Assembly: GCA_963785725.1 (NCBI GenBank)
Contig: CAWAWS010000007.1
Location: 736,001-800,000, forward strand
Source: an uncultured delta proteobacterium
GTDB taxonomy: Bacteria; Myxococcota_A; Polyangia; Palsa-1104
Reading direction: 5' to 3'
DNA length: 64,000 nucleotides
The position numbers and the translations under genes were made by a program. How positions within the stretch are numbered: the stretch's first letter is position 1; the number at the start of each line of letters is the position of its first letter. This document shows positions 48,746 through 60,549 of this stretch, in pieces. Under the pieces are notes generated by a model that worked only from the letters and a program-made list of their open reading frames with translations, did no database searches and was not told the origin of the DNA.

Positions 48746-49264
48746 CTAGAGCTCGTCCTCTTCCTCTTTTTCCTCTTCGTCGATTTCGTCGTCCTCTTCC
48801 TTTTCCTCGTCGACGAATTGGATCTTGATCGACTGGATCTCGGAGGCGCCGAAGTCGTTCTGCGCCCAGTAGCGCACTTCGTATTCGCCGGCGCCGAGGC
48901 CGAGCTCGGAGGCGCACACTTCGGCCTGCGTCTCGGTCGAGCCGCCATCGGGAACGGCCGCCAATTCATGCTCGTCGCCGCCGAGCTGCTTGCCGTCGGC
49001 GTCGTGCAGCGTCCAATGCAGCTTACAGTTGGCCGCTGACGTCACTTCGTAGTCGAGCTGAACGTCGTCATCGAGGTCGAACGAGTCGCCGCTCGCCGGA
49101 CCACGCAAATTCGCCACCGGCGGCGCCTGCTGCTGCTCGGCGTCCTCGCCTTGCCCCTCACCCCCTTCGGCTTCGGCGCTCACGTCTTGCTGCGCCTCTT
49201 GATCGGCTTCGGCCTTCTCTTGCGCCGGATCGATGTCTTCGCCCTTCTGCGTGGCAATCCCCAT
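48746..49264 (-). CDS. Very acidic hypothetical protein with a possible Ig-like core
   Basis: E/D/Q-rich termini flanking an alternating beta-strand pattern (GEYEVRYWAQN). Confidence 0.65.
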   Translation of the reverse strand: MGIATQKGEDIDPAQEKAEADQEAQQDVSAEAEGGEGQGEDAEQQQAPPVANLRGPASGDSFDLDDDVQLDYEVTSAANCKLHWTLHDADGKQLGGDEHELAAVPDGGSTETQAEVCASELGLGAGEYEVRYWAQNDFGASEIQSIKIQFVDEEKEEDDEIDEEEKEEEDEL

Positions 49265-49383
49265 GAGAGGATTATCGGCGCAAATCGGCAAAAGTTGCTA
49301 GCTCATACAAAGCTAGGCAGCGATTGAGCTTTTGGCACATCAGCCGGCGCGCGGAGCCCGACCGGCGGCGCGGCGCGGGTGGG

Positions 49384-51576
49384 TTAGATCACCTTGCCGG
49401 CGTCGCGCAGGACGAGCTCGGCGGCGTGACGCAGGAGCTGCGTCGTGATCGGCGAGCCTTGCGCGGCCGCCAAATAGCCGGCGCGCATCACCGCGTTGCG
49501 AATGTAGCCGCCGGACATGGGCAGCCGTCGCGCCAGCTCGGTGAACGCGATCTCGTCGGTCGTCGCCGAATGGCCGCTGAGCATTTGCCGCCACAGCCGA
49601 TCGCGCTCGATCTCCTCCGGCATCGGGAAGTGCACGCGAAACGTCAATCGGCGCTGGAACGCCTGATCCATGACCGACTCGCGATTCGTCGTCAGGATCG
49701 AGACGCCGTTGAAGAGCTCGATCTGCGTCAACAGGAAGTTGGTCTGCATGTTGGCGTAGCGATCGGTCGAGTTCTGCACGTCGGTGCGCTTGCCGAAGAT
49801 AGCGTCCGCCTCGTCGAAGAGCAGCATGGCGTGGCCGGCCTCGGCGGCGCGAAAGACCTCGGCCAAGTTCTTCTCGGTCTCGCCCACCCACTTCGAGACC
49901 AGCGTCGCCGTATCGATTTGGTAGAGCGGCAGGCCGGCGGCGGCGGCGATGACGCCGGCGGCCATCGTCTTGCCGGTTCCGGGATCGCCGTAGAAGAGCG
50001 CGCTCACGCCGCGGCCGCGCACGAGGCGGCGGAAGTTCCACTCGTCGAGCACGGTGTCGCGCAGGCGGATCGTCGACTCCAGCTCACCCAACGTCTCGCG
50101 CGTCTCGTCGGAGATGATGAGATCGGCGTGCGTCGCGCGCGTCGACAAGCGGCGTCCGACCGTCGACAAGATGGGGCGGAATTCGGCGTCGATGGCGGCC
50201 ATGACGTCGGCGATCGTGATGACCGACGCGGACGCGGGCGACGCCGCGAACTGGCCGTCGCGTTCGGCGCGGGCGCGGGCGCGGATGCGCGCTTCGCCGG
50301 CGATGCGCGTGATGACGCCGCCCGTGATCGGGTAGGTGCGGGCGAGCAGCGCGTAGTCGATCGTCGTGTTGGGCGCGTCGGCGCCGGCGTCGAGACGATC
50401 GCGCCATAATTCGGCGCGCCGATCGCGCTCGGGCGCCGGCACGAGCACGGGCGACAGTCGGCGCGTCGTCGCCAGCGCCAGATCGAGGTGGGCCGGCTCG
50501 AGCGCGTCGCGAACGAGGATGACGCGGCCGGGGAAGCGCGACAGCAGCTCGCTGACGCCCGGCTGCCACGTGCGCTGCGCGCGCGGCGCGTCGGCGTCGA
50601 CCGGCGGCAGCGCGATCGCGATCCACGCCGCCGTCAGCCACGCCAGGCGCGCCGCGGCCAAGGCCTCGGTCGCGCCGAAGGCCGCCGGCGACGCGGTCAG
50701 GTCGAGCTCGACGAGCTTGCAGCCGCGCTCGCCGGCCAGCGCGCGCACGAGCAGCCGCTTGCCGGCGCCGGCCGGACCTTCGAGCAGCGGCAGCGCGTGC
50801 GGATCGTCGATCAGCGCGGCGACGTGGGGCCACAGCTCGTCGGGCAAGAACGTCCGCTCGCGCGGCAGCCGCTCGGGCCGCTCGACGAGGAGGCCGCGCA
50901 GCGCCGGCTCCTGCAGCTCCTGGCCGAGCACGTGCGCGACGACGGCGGGCGGCACCGACAGCGTCGTCGCCATCGTGCAGCCTTGCGCGGCGCCGCCTTC
51001 GTTGGTGAGCGCGAGCAGGCCCAAGTCGGCGAGCGTGGAGCCGGGCGCGAGCGCGCGCCGGACGGCATCGGCGCCCGGATCGGTCGGCGACAAGATGCGC
51101 GCGGCCGTGGCCACGTCGAGCGAGCGACCACGCGCCGAGGCGCCGCCGCGCAGAAATTGGAACAGCCGGCCAAAGCCGTCGTCGATCTCGGGCGCGAGCG
51201 CGAGCAGGAACAGGTCGAACGCCAGCGGCGACAGCTCGGCGCGCTCGGCCAATTCATAGAGCGGCAACGGGATGTGCGTGGCTGCGCGGTCGCGCTCGAT
51301 GCTGTGGCGGCGGGTGGCGATGCGGGCCGTCAGCTTGTCCGCTTCGCCGTCGACGAGCGCGGGCGCGCGATCGGCGGGATGCTCGAGGCGCTGCAGCTCG
51401 CGCTCGGCGCCGGCGGCGTCGAAGCGGCCGCTGGCGGTCGCCGCCGGCTGCAGCTCGCGATGACGCAGGCGACGCAGCGCGCGCCGCAAGACGAGCGCCA
51501 TCCGCGCGATCTCGGCGGCGACGGCGGCGGCGGCCGATTGATACGGTCGCGGCAAGGGCTCGGCGTGCGATTCCAC
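49384..51576 (-). CDS. AAA+ ATPase, Afp15/Pvc15-like architecture
   Basis: LFLLALAPEID N-terminal motif, degenerate first P-loop GPAGAGKR, GDPGTGKT, SKWVGETEKNL, FDEADAIFGKR, DRYAN. Confidence 0.85.
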   Translation of the reverse strand: MESHAEPLPRPYQSAAAAVAAEIARMALVLRRALRRLRHRELQPAATASGRFDAAGAERELQRLEHPADRAPALVDGEADKLTARIATRRHSIERDRAATHIPLPLYELAERAELSPLAFDLFLLALAPEIDDGFGRLFQFLRGGASARGRSLDVATAARILSPTDPGADAVRRALAPGSTLADLGLLALTNEGGAAQGCTMATTLSVPPAVVAHVLGQELQEPALRGLLVERPERLPRERTFLPDELWPHVAALIDDPHALPLLEGPAGAGKRLLVRALAGERGCKLVELDLTASPAAFGATEALAAARLAWLTAAWIAIALPPVDADAPRAQRTWQPGVSELLSRFPGRVILVRDALEPAHLDLALATTRRLSPVLVPAPERDRRAELWRDRLDAGADAPNTTIDYALLARTYPITGGVITRIAGEARIRARARAERDGQFAASPASASVITIADVMAAIDAEFRPILSTVGRRLSTRATHADLIISDETRETLGELESTIRLRDTVLDEWNFRRLVRGRGVSALFYGDPGTGKTMAAGVIAAAAGLPLYQIDTATLVSKWVGETEKNLAEVFRAAEAGHAMLLFDEADAIFGKRTDVQNSTDRYANMQTNFLLTQIELFNGVSILTTNRESVMDQAFQRRLTFRVHFPMPEEIERDRLWRQMLSGHSATTDEIAFTELARRLPMSGGYIRNAVMRAGYLAAAQGSPITTQLLRHAAELVLRDAGKVI

Positions 51577-51601
51577 GCCGGTACGTTATCACGCGCGGCC
51601 G

Positions 51602-51686
51602 CCGCTCGCGCTCGTCGCGGCGCTCGTGACGCGCGCCACGACGACCGCTCGCGCTCGTCGCGGCGCTCGTGACGCGCGCCACGACG
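51602..51686 (+). repeat. 43-bp direct tandem duplication (2 copies)
   Basis: ccgctcgcgctcgtcgcggcgctcgtgacgcgcgccacgacg starts at 51602 and again at 51645. Confidence 0.9.
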
Positions 51687-51711
51687 CCGGCGTGCGCTAT
51701 CATGCGCGCCC

Positions 51712-52619
51712 GTGTCACGCGCCGAGCCCAGCGTCATCGCCGACGTCATCGCCATCGTCGGGCCGACCGCGGCCGGCAAGACGAGCGCCGCCATCACCCT
51801 CGCCGAGCGCATCGGCGCCGAGATCGTCTCCTGCGACTCGTTGCAGCTCTATCGCGAGCTCGACATCGGCACCGCCAAGCCGACGGCCGACGAACGCGCG
51901 CGCGTGCCGCATCACCTCGTCGACGTGTTGGCGCCGAACGAGAGCTGCTCGGCCGCGCGCTACGCCGAGCTGGCCGACGCCGCCATCGCCGGCATTCGCG
52001 CGCGCGGCCGGCGCGTCATCGTCGTCGGCGGCAGCGGGCTCTACTTTCGCGCCTTGCGCTTCGGGCTCTTCGCGGCGCCGCCGCGCGACGAGGCCTTGCG
52101 CGCGCGCCTCTACGACGATGAGCGCGCGCAGCCGGGCCAGCTGCACGAGCGGCTGCGCGCCGTCGACGCGACCGCCGCCGCGCGCATCGCGCCCGCCGAC
52201 CTCGTGCGGCTGGTGCGCGCGCTCGAGGTCTACGAGCTGACCGGCGTGCCGCTGACGCAGCATCACGCACAGCATCATCATGAAGAGCGCATGGCCATGA
52301 ACGTGTTGAACCTGGAGCCGCCGTTTACGACGCTCGATCCGCGGATTGCGGCGCGCGTGGAGGCGATGTTGCGCGGCGGGCTCGTCGACGAGACGCGGCG
52401 CGTCTTGGCGCGTCATGGCCAGACGCCGCCGCTGCAATCGGTTGGCTACGCCGAAGTCTGCGAGCTCCTGGCCGGACGGCTGCGCGAGGACGAGCTGGCG
52501 ACGGCGATCGTCCGCGCCACGCGCCATTACGCCCGCCGGCAACGCACCTGGTTCAAGAAGGAGCCGGGCGCGCGCCGCTTCGATTCTGCCGAGGAGCTCA
52601 CTCGTGCTATAGACCCTGC

Positions 52620-52632
<13 letters not shown>
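51712..52632 (+). CDS. miaA: tRNA dimethylallyltransferase
   Basis: GPTAAGKT, DSLQLY, DIGTAKP, PHHLVD, VGGSGLY, YARRQRTW. Confidence 0.96.
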
Positions 52633-53597
<965 letters not shown>

Positions 53598-53598
53598 T

Positions 53599-55561
53599 GT
53601 GGGCTGGGATGTCTGGGTAGTCCTCGCGGCGTCGTCGCTGGCGTTGCAGCTGTTCACGATCGGCTTGCGCCGCGAGTGGCGCGATCAGCTGCCGTACGCC
53701 GGCATGCTGCTCTTGGATCTGGCGCTGCTCAGCTTCGCGCACGCCACGCACCGCGACGAAGGCGTCGTCGGCGTCGTGGCGACGTCGTTGGCGCTGGTGC
53801 TGGTCATCGGGCCGCGCCTGGCGGAGAACCTCGAGCGGCGCATGTTGGCGCGCGACGAGCTGGGCTGGGCGCTGCGCGCGGTGCAGCTGCACGAGCTGCT
53901 CGTTCCCGGTCGCGCCTCGACGCGGCGGCGCCGGCAGCTGCACAACCTCGTCGAAGCCCGCGCCGGCGGCGCGACGCCGGTCTTGCGGCGGCTGCGCGCC
54001 GAGCTCGGCGTCGAGCGCGATCCGCGCGCGGCGGCGCTGCTGCACGAAGAGGTGGCGACGGTCTGCTTCCTGGCGCAGCGTTTCGCCGACGGGGTGGCCG
54101 AGTACGAGCGGCATCTGCCGGCCGATTGGGCGGCGGCGCATCCGGGCTTCGCCGCCTATCTCGTGCGCGCCTACGGCGAGCTCGGGCGGCTCGATCGCGC
54201 GCTCGACACGCTCTTGACGCTCGAGCGCGGGCCGGCGCAGCGCGACCCGGCGGCGCTGGCGCTGCTGACGCAAGCGCGGCTGACCTTGTTGGCGTTCGCC
54301 GGGCGCGCGGCCGACGTCGAGCGGCTGCTGCGCGGCGCGCCCGGGCTGCTCGTGTCGCCGCACGCCAAGCGGTTTTTGCACGAAGTCGCCCATGCGCGCG
54401 CGCCGCTGTGGACGTCCAAGAACGAGACAACGAGCGACGCCAAAGCGGCTGACGAATCCGAAAATCGGAATCAATCGACGACGAGCGTGTCCCAAAGTTG
54501 GACCGCCGCAGCCGATACGAGCGCGCCGGCAGTGGCGACGGCCGACGAAGCGGCGACCACGCGTGACGCGGCGACGGGCGCGGCCATGGCGCAGCGGCAT
54601 GCGGCGACGCTGCTCGACGGTGTGGCCGCCCGCGCCGGCGAGTCGGTGCAGCCGCTGGCGCGCCCGCGCAGTCGGCCGCGCGTGACGATGGTGCTGCTCG
54701 CCGTCAACATCGCCGCCGCCATCGTCGTCACCGGCTGGGCCGCCGCGCCGACGCCGAGCGCGCTCATCCGCGCCGGCGCGCTCTTCCGCCCGGCCGTGCA
54801 AGCGGGCGAATGGTGGCGCGCCTTCACCGCCATGTTCCTGCACGGCGATTGGGTGCACCTCGGCCTCAACATGTACGTGCTCTACCTGCTCGGTCGCTTC
54901 GCCGAAGAGGTCCTCGGCCCGCTGCGCTTCTTCGTCATCTACATCGTCGGCGGGCTGGCCGGCTGGGTGGCGTCGACGCTGGCGCTGCAGCAGGCCGGGC
55001 TGTCGATCGGCGCCTCGGGCGCGATCATGGGACTCCTCGGCGCCATCATCGTGCTCTTGATCGTTCGTCGCGGCACGTGGCCCGAAGCGTGGCGGCGCAC
55101 GCTCTTGTGGACGATGCTCGTCGTCGGCGGGCTGCAGATTTACGCCGGCTATCAGCTGCCGGTGATGGACAACGCGGCGCATATGGGCGGGCTCGTCGGC
55201 GGCGCCATCGCCGCGCTGCTCGTCGCGCCGGGCGGGCTCATCGGCCGCTCGTTCGCGGCGCGGCTCTTGGTGTCGGCGTTGGCGCGTGGCGGCGCTCGTC
55301 GGGATCGGCTGGAGCGTCGACGAGATGGCGCGCACGTCGCTCGCCGCGACCTTCGCCAAATTGCCGACGAAAGACGTGACGATTCGCGGTCAAAAGATTC
55401 GCGTGCCGCAATATTGGGACTACGACGCGGCGCACGATGTGGCCAGCGATCCCTTCCTCGGCGTGCAGCTGGGCGGCTCGGCCGAGTCGGCGACACCGCC
55501 CATCGCGCCCGACGTCGTCGACGCGCTCGATCGGATTGCCAAGAGCGGGCGGGCGCCATAA
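53599..55561 (+). CDS. Rhomboid family intramembrane serine protease with large N-terminal extension (apparent frameshift at about 55285)
   Basis: WWRAFTAMFLH, HLGLNM, GASG, AHMGG; C-terminus continues in the 55286..55561 frame. Confidence 0.85.
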
Positions 55562-55570
55562 AAGAGTGTC

Positions 55571-56002
55571 GTGATCGTCAAGGAACAGCACGTGACCGCG
55601 GTCGTCAAAGAGGTCGAGGCCGGCGCCGATGAGCCGCAGCACGTGGCGTCGCTGGTCGGCCTCTTCATGCAGGTGCAGCCGACGATTGGCCATTACGTCT
55701 CGGCGCATTCCAAGGAGCTGGCGCTGGAAGGCGTCGTGCTGACGCTCTTGCATGCGTCGGTGATGGCGCGCGCCGTCGAGCTGGCGATGGGTCGGCGCTT
55801 GCGGCCGCTGAAGTTCGAGGATCTCGACGCCGCGACGCGCGCCAACGAAGGACGCGCGCTCGCCGACGAAGAGCCGGAGCTGGCCAGCTACCTCGAAGGC
55901 AACCTCGACCCCGCCGATCCGACGCTCGGCGGCCCGCGGCGTGACGTGGCGTTGCGTGTGTTGCACACCGTCGCGCAGGCGCTGTTGTGGGTGGCGATGT
56001 AA
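55571..56002 (+). CDS. Hypothetical protein
   Basis: 143 aa ORF with host-like codon usage directly after the rhomboid gene. Confidence 0.7.
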   Translation: MIVKEQHVTAVVKEVEAGADEPQHVASLVGLFMQVQPTIGHYVSAHSKELALEGVVLTLLHASVMARAVELAMGRRLRPLKFEDLDAATRANEGRALADEEPELASYLEGNLDPADPTLGGPRRDVALRVLHTVAQALLWVAM

Positions 56003-56084
56003 GCGACCACGGCGCGGTCGCGGCCGCGTGAACGATGCGCCGTCGCACGAAGCGCGACGGTTTACGCGGGCGCCGCGCGATCGA

Positions 56085-56546
56085 TTACGCGAGCCAGCGC
56101 GGCAGCCGGCCACCCAGCGCGGCGTCGAGACCGAGCGTGCGACCGGGCGCCGTCAGCATCATCGTGAGCATCATGACCGCCAGCGGCGCCGTGCCGTTCG
56201 CGGTGAGCCCGTCGCCGCGGCCGAACAGGAAGTTGCCGACGAGCACGAGCCCGACCAACGCCGCCAGCCGCGTGAACAGGCCCGCCAACAGCGCCGCGCC
56301 GACGAGCAGCTCGGCGATCGAGATCGCGCAGGCGAACAGATGCGCACGCGGCAACACGACGTCGCGCAAAAACGGCACGTAGAACGAGTAGGTCTTCCCG
56401 TCTTTGATCCACGTTTGCAGGATCTGGCTCAGCTCGTCGTTGTGCAGCCAGCCGCCGGACAGCTCATGCACGCCCGTATTCAAGAAGATCCAGCCGCAAA
56501 ACAGCCGCAGCGGCAGTAAGAACGCGATGCGCGTCTGCTCTCCCAT
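56085..56546 (-). CDS. DoxX family membrane protein
   Basis: LRLFCGWIFL, ELLVGAALLAGLFTR, GRTLGLD. Confidence 0.85.
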   Translation of the reverse strand: MGEQTRIAFLLPLRLFCGWIFLNTGVHELSGGWLHNDELSQILQTWIKDGKTYSFYVPFLRDVVLPRAHLFACAISIAELLVGAALLAGLFTRLAALVGLVLVGNFLFGRGDGLTANGTAPLAVMMLTMMLTAPGRTLGLDAALGGRLPRWLA

Positions 56547-56651
56547 TTATCCGCGCACCATACCGCGCGACCCAAGAAGTTGCACCGTCCGGCGCGCGAC
56601 TCCATAAGGGTTTTGCGCGCGCATTCGAGCGTGCGCCGCGAGGAGGAGACG

Positions 56652-56885
56652 ATGGCCACTCGAGCGACCAAGACGTCGACGGTGAAGGCGAAGTCGACGA
56701 AATCGGAGACGACGAAGACGAGCGCGCCGAAGCTGGCGCGTGCGCGCACGACGACTGCGACGGCGGCGCTGTCCTACGATGCCGTCGCCGAGCGCGCGTT
56801 CGTGCGCTTCTGCGCGCGCGGCGGCGAGCACGGGCACGACGTCGAGGATTGGCTCGCCGCCGAAGCCGAGCTGCGCCGCGGCTGA
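56652..56885 (+). CDS. DUF2934 domain protein
   Basis: AGGAGG SD; VAERAF...RGGEHGHDVEDWLAAEAEL. Confidence 0.85.
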   Translation: MATRATKTSTVKAKSTKSETTKTSAPKLARARTTTATAALSYDAVAERAFVRFCARGGEHGHDVEDWLAAEAELRRG

Positions 56886-57029
56886 TCGGCGCGCGCGTCG
56901 GGTTCTCGCACGCGGCGCAGGTTCGCTCGGCAGACGCGGCGGGCGTCCGGCCGGTCGAACGTCGGGCGCGCAGTCGGTCGTGCGAGGGCGACTTCACGTG
57001 TACGGCGTTTACGCGGGCCGACGGCTAGC

Positions 57030-57644
57030 GTGGACGCACTCCGGTCGCGCCTTGTGCGTTGCGCCGCATTCGGTGCTGGCACGCTGCGTGCTTTGTTGGC
57101 GCTCGTGATTGACGTCCGCCAACTCGCCGGTGCGCTCGACCTCTGGCTCTGCATGTGGGAGCTCGACGAGCGCGATCGCTTCGAAACCGCAGTCGTCCGC
57201 GCCATGACCGACGAGAATCCGCGCGCGACCCGGCTGCAGGCGCTGGCGTTGTGCCACGTCATCGCGTCGCCGCGCCTGTTGAACGCCGCGCACCGCATCG
57301 CCGGCACGCCGCTGTTCGCGTCGTCGGAGCTGCAGGCGGTGCAGATCGCGGCCCAGCCCTGGCGCGGCCTCCTCGAAGCCGGCAGTCGCTTGCGCGGCAA
57401 CGTGATCGCCGTCGAGCGGATGCTGGCGCGCGCGGTGTCCGACCCGTCCGATCGCGCCGCCGACGTCACGCTCGATTGGGTCGACATTCGCGACCTCGTC
57501 ACCGTCGCCTTCACGACGATCGACGCGCGCCTCTTCGCCGAGATCGAGCGCCGCATCGGCAGCCGCGGCAACTACCAGCGCGGCCGCGCCGCCAACGTCC
57601 TCGGCTTCCGCATCCGCCCGACGACCAGCTACGTCGCCGCATAA
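57030..57644 (+). CDS. Hypothetical protein
   Basis: 204 aa ORF with plausible codon usage; start uncertain. Confidence 0.55.
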   Translation: MDALRSRLVRCAAFGAGTLRALLALVIDVRQLAGALDLWLCMWELDERDRFETAVVRAMTDENPRATRLQALALCHVIASPRLLNAAHRIAGTPLFASSELQAVQIAAQPWRGLLEAGSRLRGNVIAVERMLARAVSDPSDRAADVTLDWVDIRDLVTVAFTTIDARLFAEIERRIGSRGNYQRGRAANVLGFRIRPTTSYVAA

Positions 57645-57809
57645 TCAGCAGCGTCGCTTACGTCGCAAACGCCGGCGACCCACGCAGTGGCTGGCCGCGT
57701 GTGTGGTCATGGCTTGTCGTGTGGTCAGGTCACGAGGCCGCAGCGAATGGGAACAGTCGTTCCCATTTCGCGCACCGCGATTACCGATCGTGGGCGAGCG
57801 CGATCCCGA

Positions 57810-58697
57810 TCACGGGGTGACGTCGCCGTCGTGCCAATCGCGCGTCAGCTCGAGCCACATGGCCAGGCCGCGAAAACGACCGAAGCTGCGATAGCGGCGC
57901 TGCGCGAAGGCATCGACCTGACGAATGCGCGGGTAGAGCTTCTTGAGCTTGCCGCGACACCACGAGTCGAGCCCGAGGTAGCCGTAGCGGCCGCACAAGC
58001 GCATCAAGTTGTCGGCGGCGTAAGGGCCGATGCCGGGCAGCGCCATCAGCTCGTCGCGCACGGTCTCGTCGTCGCCGGTCGCGACCCGCCAGCGCTCGGG
58101 CGCGATGTCGCCGGCGACGACGGCGCGCGCGATGGCGGCCAGATGCGGCGCGCGATAGCCGGCGCGGACGACGTCGCGATAGAAGGCGCCGTCGCGCGCG
58201 GCCATCGCCTGCGGCGTCGGAAACGCGTGCGCGCCCGTTGGTGACGGCGCGCCCAGCGCGGCCACCAGCCGCGTCACCATCAGCTTCGTCAGCGCCCACG
58301 AGCAGTTCGTCGTCAGCAGCATCTTGATGACGTCTTCGAACGCCGTCGGCGCGCGCAAGAGCCGGCCGGCGGCATGCGGGCGCGCGTAGGCCAGCTGCGG
58401 ATCGGCGTCGGTGAGCGCATACAGCGGCGCCAGATCTTCGTCGAGCCGCAGCATCGACGTCACCATCGCTTTGGCCTCTCGCCGCGCGGCCGTTAGGTCG
58501 CCGCCGTCGAGCCGCGCCGTGATGGTCAGCGCGTCACCTTTGGCGGTGACGGCGAGCTCGCCGACGACGCCGCCGAGCCACGCCACCGTCGTCAAGCGCG
58601 CGCCGTCCCAGGCGAACGGCGGCAGATCGTACCAGCCGTGGCTGCGTACCGCGGTCGTCAGGCGAAACCCGGGCGGCGTCTTCAGGGTTATTTGCAT
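57810..58697 (-). CDS. HhH-GPD DNA glycosylase (AlkA/Ogg-like)
   Basis: SHGW...PF, GRLLRAPTAFED, FPTP, GYRA, LPGIGPYAA. Confidence 0.85.
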   Translation of the reverse strand: MQITLKTPPGFRLTTAVRSHGWYDLPPFAWDGARLTTVAWLGGVVGELAVTAKGDALTITARLDGGDLTAARREAKAMVTSMLRLDEDLAPLYALTDADPQLAYARPHAAGRLLRAPTAFEDVIKMLLTTNCSWALTKLMVTRLVAALGAPSPTGAHAFPTPQAMAARDGAFYRDVVRAGYRAPHLAAIARAVVAGDIAPERWRVATGDDETVRDELMALPGIGPYAADNLMRLCGRYGYLGLDSWCRGKLKKLYPRIRQVDAFAQRRYRSFGRFRGLAMWLELTRDWHDGDVTP

Positions 58698-59410
58698 ACG
58701 TAACCGATGACTTGCTCGCCGTCGCTGAGCGCGGTGCAGCTGCCGCTCGCGCAGATCGCGCCCGGGCCGTCGCACTGCGGCTTGCAGGTGCCGTCGCACA
58801 GCTGACCGTCGACGCAGTTGTTGGTCGTGCAAGTCGCGCCTGCAGTAGCGGTTCCGGCGGCGAGCCCGCACGCGCTCGTGCCGTCGGACAATGAGTCGCA
58901 GGTCGTCTGCGCGGGGCAGTCGGCGGCGCTCGTGCAGACATAGGCGCAATAGCGATGCGTGCTGTCGGCGTCGATGCAGGTCAAACCCTGCGCGCACAAG
59001 CCGTTCCCGAAGAGCGCGCCTGTCGACGAATCCTGCCCGCAGCGCGTGCCGGCGCCGTTGCCGGGCAGGCAGGCGCCGCCGGCCGCACCGCCGTCGCCCG
59101 TCGTCAACGCGTCGCACACGCGATCGCACGCGCACTCGAAGTTGATCGTGCAGCGCTGCCAGCACCGACAAGCGCCGCCGAGCGCGACCGCGATCGTCCC
59201 AGTCGGACAAGCGACCGTCGTGCTGCACGTCTGCCCGTCGCTGTGGTCGTCGACGGGATTGCACGCCGTCGGAATCGTGAGGTCGGCGGGCGCGGCCAAG
59301 TCGACGATGCCGGCCGCGTCGTTGGGGCTGCCGCCGTCATTCGGGCCGTGCTTGCTCGCGCCGCAGCCGAGCGCGCACCACGCTGCCAGCAGCCACGACG
59401 TCGCGCGCAT
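58688..59410 (-). CDS. Cys-rich lipoprotein
   Basis: ALGC lipobox; numerous Cys repeats. Confidence 0.8.
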   Translation of the reverse strand: MRATSWLLAAWCALGCGASKHGPNDGGSPNDAAGIVDLAAPADLTIPTACNPVDDHSDGQTCSTTVACPTGTIAVALGGACRCWQRCTINFECACDRVCDALTTGDGGAAGGACLPGNGAGTRCGQDSSTGALFGNGLCAQGLTCIDADSTHRYCAYVCTSAADCPAQTTCDSLSDGTSACGLAAGTATAGATCTTNNCVDGQLCDGTCKPQCDGPGAICASGSCTALSDGEQVIGYVCK

Positions 59411-59429
59411 GCCGGCAGCTTACTACGAG

Positions 59430-60335
59430 TTACATCGACTTCGTCGCCTCGGCCGTCGCCGGCACGCTCGCCTTCCACTTGCGCTCGGTGAGCCACTGCG
59501 CCGTCCGCTGAAAGTCGGCAAAGCGGGTCATTTTGCCGACGGCGCCGAGGAACACCATCGCCACGTCATGCGACTGCGCCGACGTCATGCGCACCGCGAT
59601 CGCCAAACAATAGAGCGCGAGATCGGTATAGCCGGTCTTGCCGGTCAGCACGCTGAAGCGACCCGAGCGCGCGATCACGTCGGTGTTGTTGTACTCGATC
59701 GTCCAGCCCGGCTTGCCGACGGGATGCGCCACGTACTTCGGCTTGTGCGTGATCTCGGCGATGAGCGGCTGCTTGATCGCCGCCTTCAACATCAGCACCA
59801 AATCCCGCGGCGACGAGCGATTGTTGGCGTTCAGCCCGACCGGATCTTCGTAGGTCGTGTTCTTCATGCCCAGCTCTTTTGCCTTGGCATTCATCGCCGC
59901 CACGAGCTCTTTCGGCGGCAGCCCGACCGCGCGACCGAGCGCCGGCACCGCGCGGTTGTCCGACGCCATCAGCGCCGCGTGCAAGAGGTCGCGATTGGTG
60001 AACGACAAGCCGACCGGCAGCCGCGAGCGCGCGCCGCCGAACGCGATCTGCACGTCCTCTTTGGTGATCGTCGTCGGCGCGTCGAGATCGAGGTGACGCG
60101 AGGGATCGGTCACGACGAGCATCGCCATCAGCTTCGAGATCGACGCGATCGGCCGGATGGCGTCGGCGTTCTTCGTATACAGCTCTTCGCCCGTCGTCAG
60201 ATCGAACGCCACCGCGGCTTGCGCCTGTACGTTGGGCATGCCGCCGTGCGTGTATACGGGAATACCGCGCGCGCCTTTGGCCCAAGCCGTCGTCGAGCCG
60301 AGCGAAAACAACAAGAGAGCAGCCGTCCAGCGCAT
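59430..60335 (-). CDS. D-alanyl-D-alanine endopeptidase/carboxypeptidase (peptidase S11, PBP7-like)
   Basis: IASISK, SDN, KTGY; signal peptide. Confidence 0.88.
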   Translation of the reverse strand: MRWTAALLLFSLGSTTAWAKGARGIPVYTHGGMPNVQAQAAVAFDLTTGEELYTKNADAIRPIASISKLMAMLVVTDPSRHLDLDAPTTITKEDVQIAFGGARSRLPVGLSFTNRDLLHAALMASDNRAVPALGRAVGLPPKELVAAMNAKAKELGMKNTTYEDPVGLNANNRSSPRDLVLMLKAAIKQPLIAEITHKPKYVAHPVGKPGWTIEYNNTDVIARSGRFSVLTGKTGYTDLALYCLAIAVRMTSAQSHDVAMVFLGAVGKMTRFADFQRTAQWLTERKWKASVPATAEATKSM

Positions 60336-60549
60336 CAACCTCAATAGTGGCCGTGCTCACGCCCAAAGGCAATTCCCTCGACGAAGCGTGACGCCGGTCG
60401 CGTCAAGTCACGTCATTGCGAAATTTGTCGACAGAAATCATGTAATTAGTACGCTGTGGCGCAGCTCGGGCGGTGCCGGACAAGCAACTTTCTGGACGGC
60501 TGGCCGATAACTTTCGAGATATGATCGATGAGCCGAAGGAGCGTGTGAG

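Noticed and set aside
51602..51686. Possible CRISPR or mini-array
   Set aside because: Only two abutting copies, no spacers, no cas genes
60345..60549. Sigma-54 promoter upstream of the tube gene
   Set aside because: The TGGC at about 60500 is not followed by GC at the required GG-N10-GC spacing
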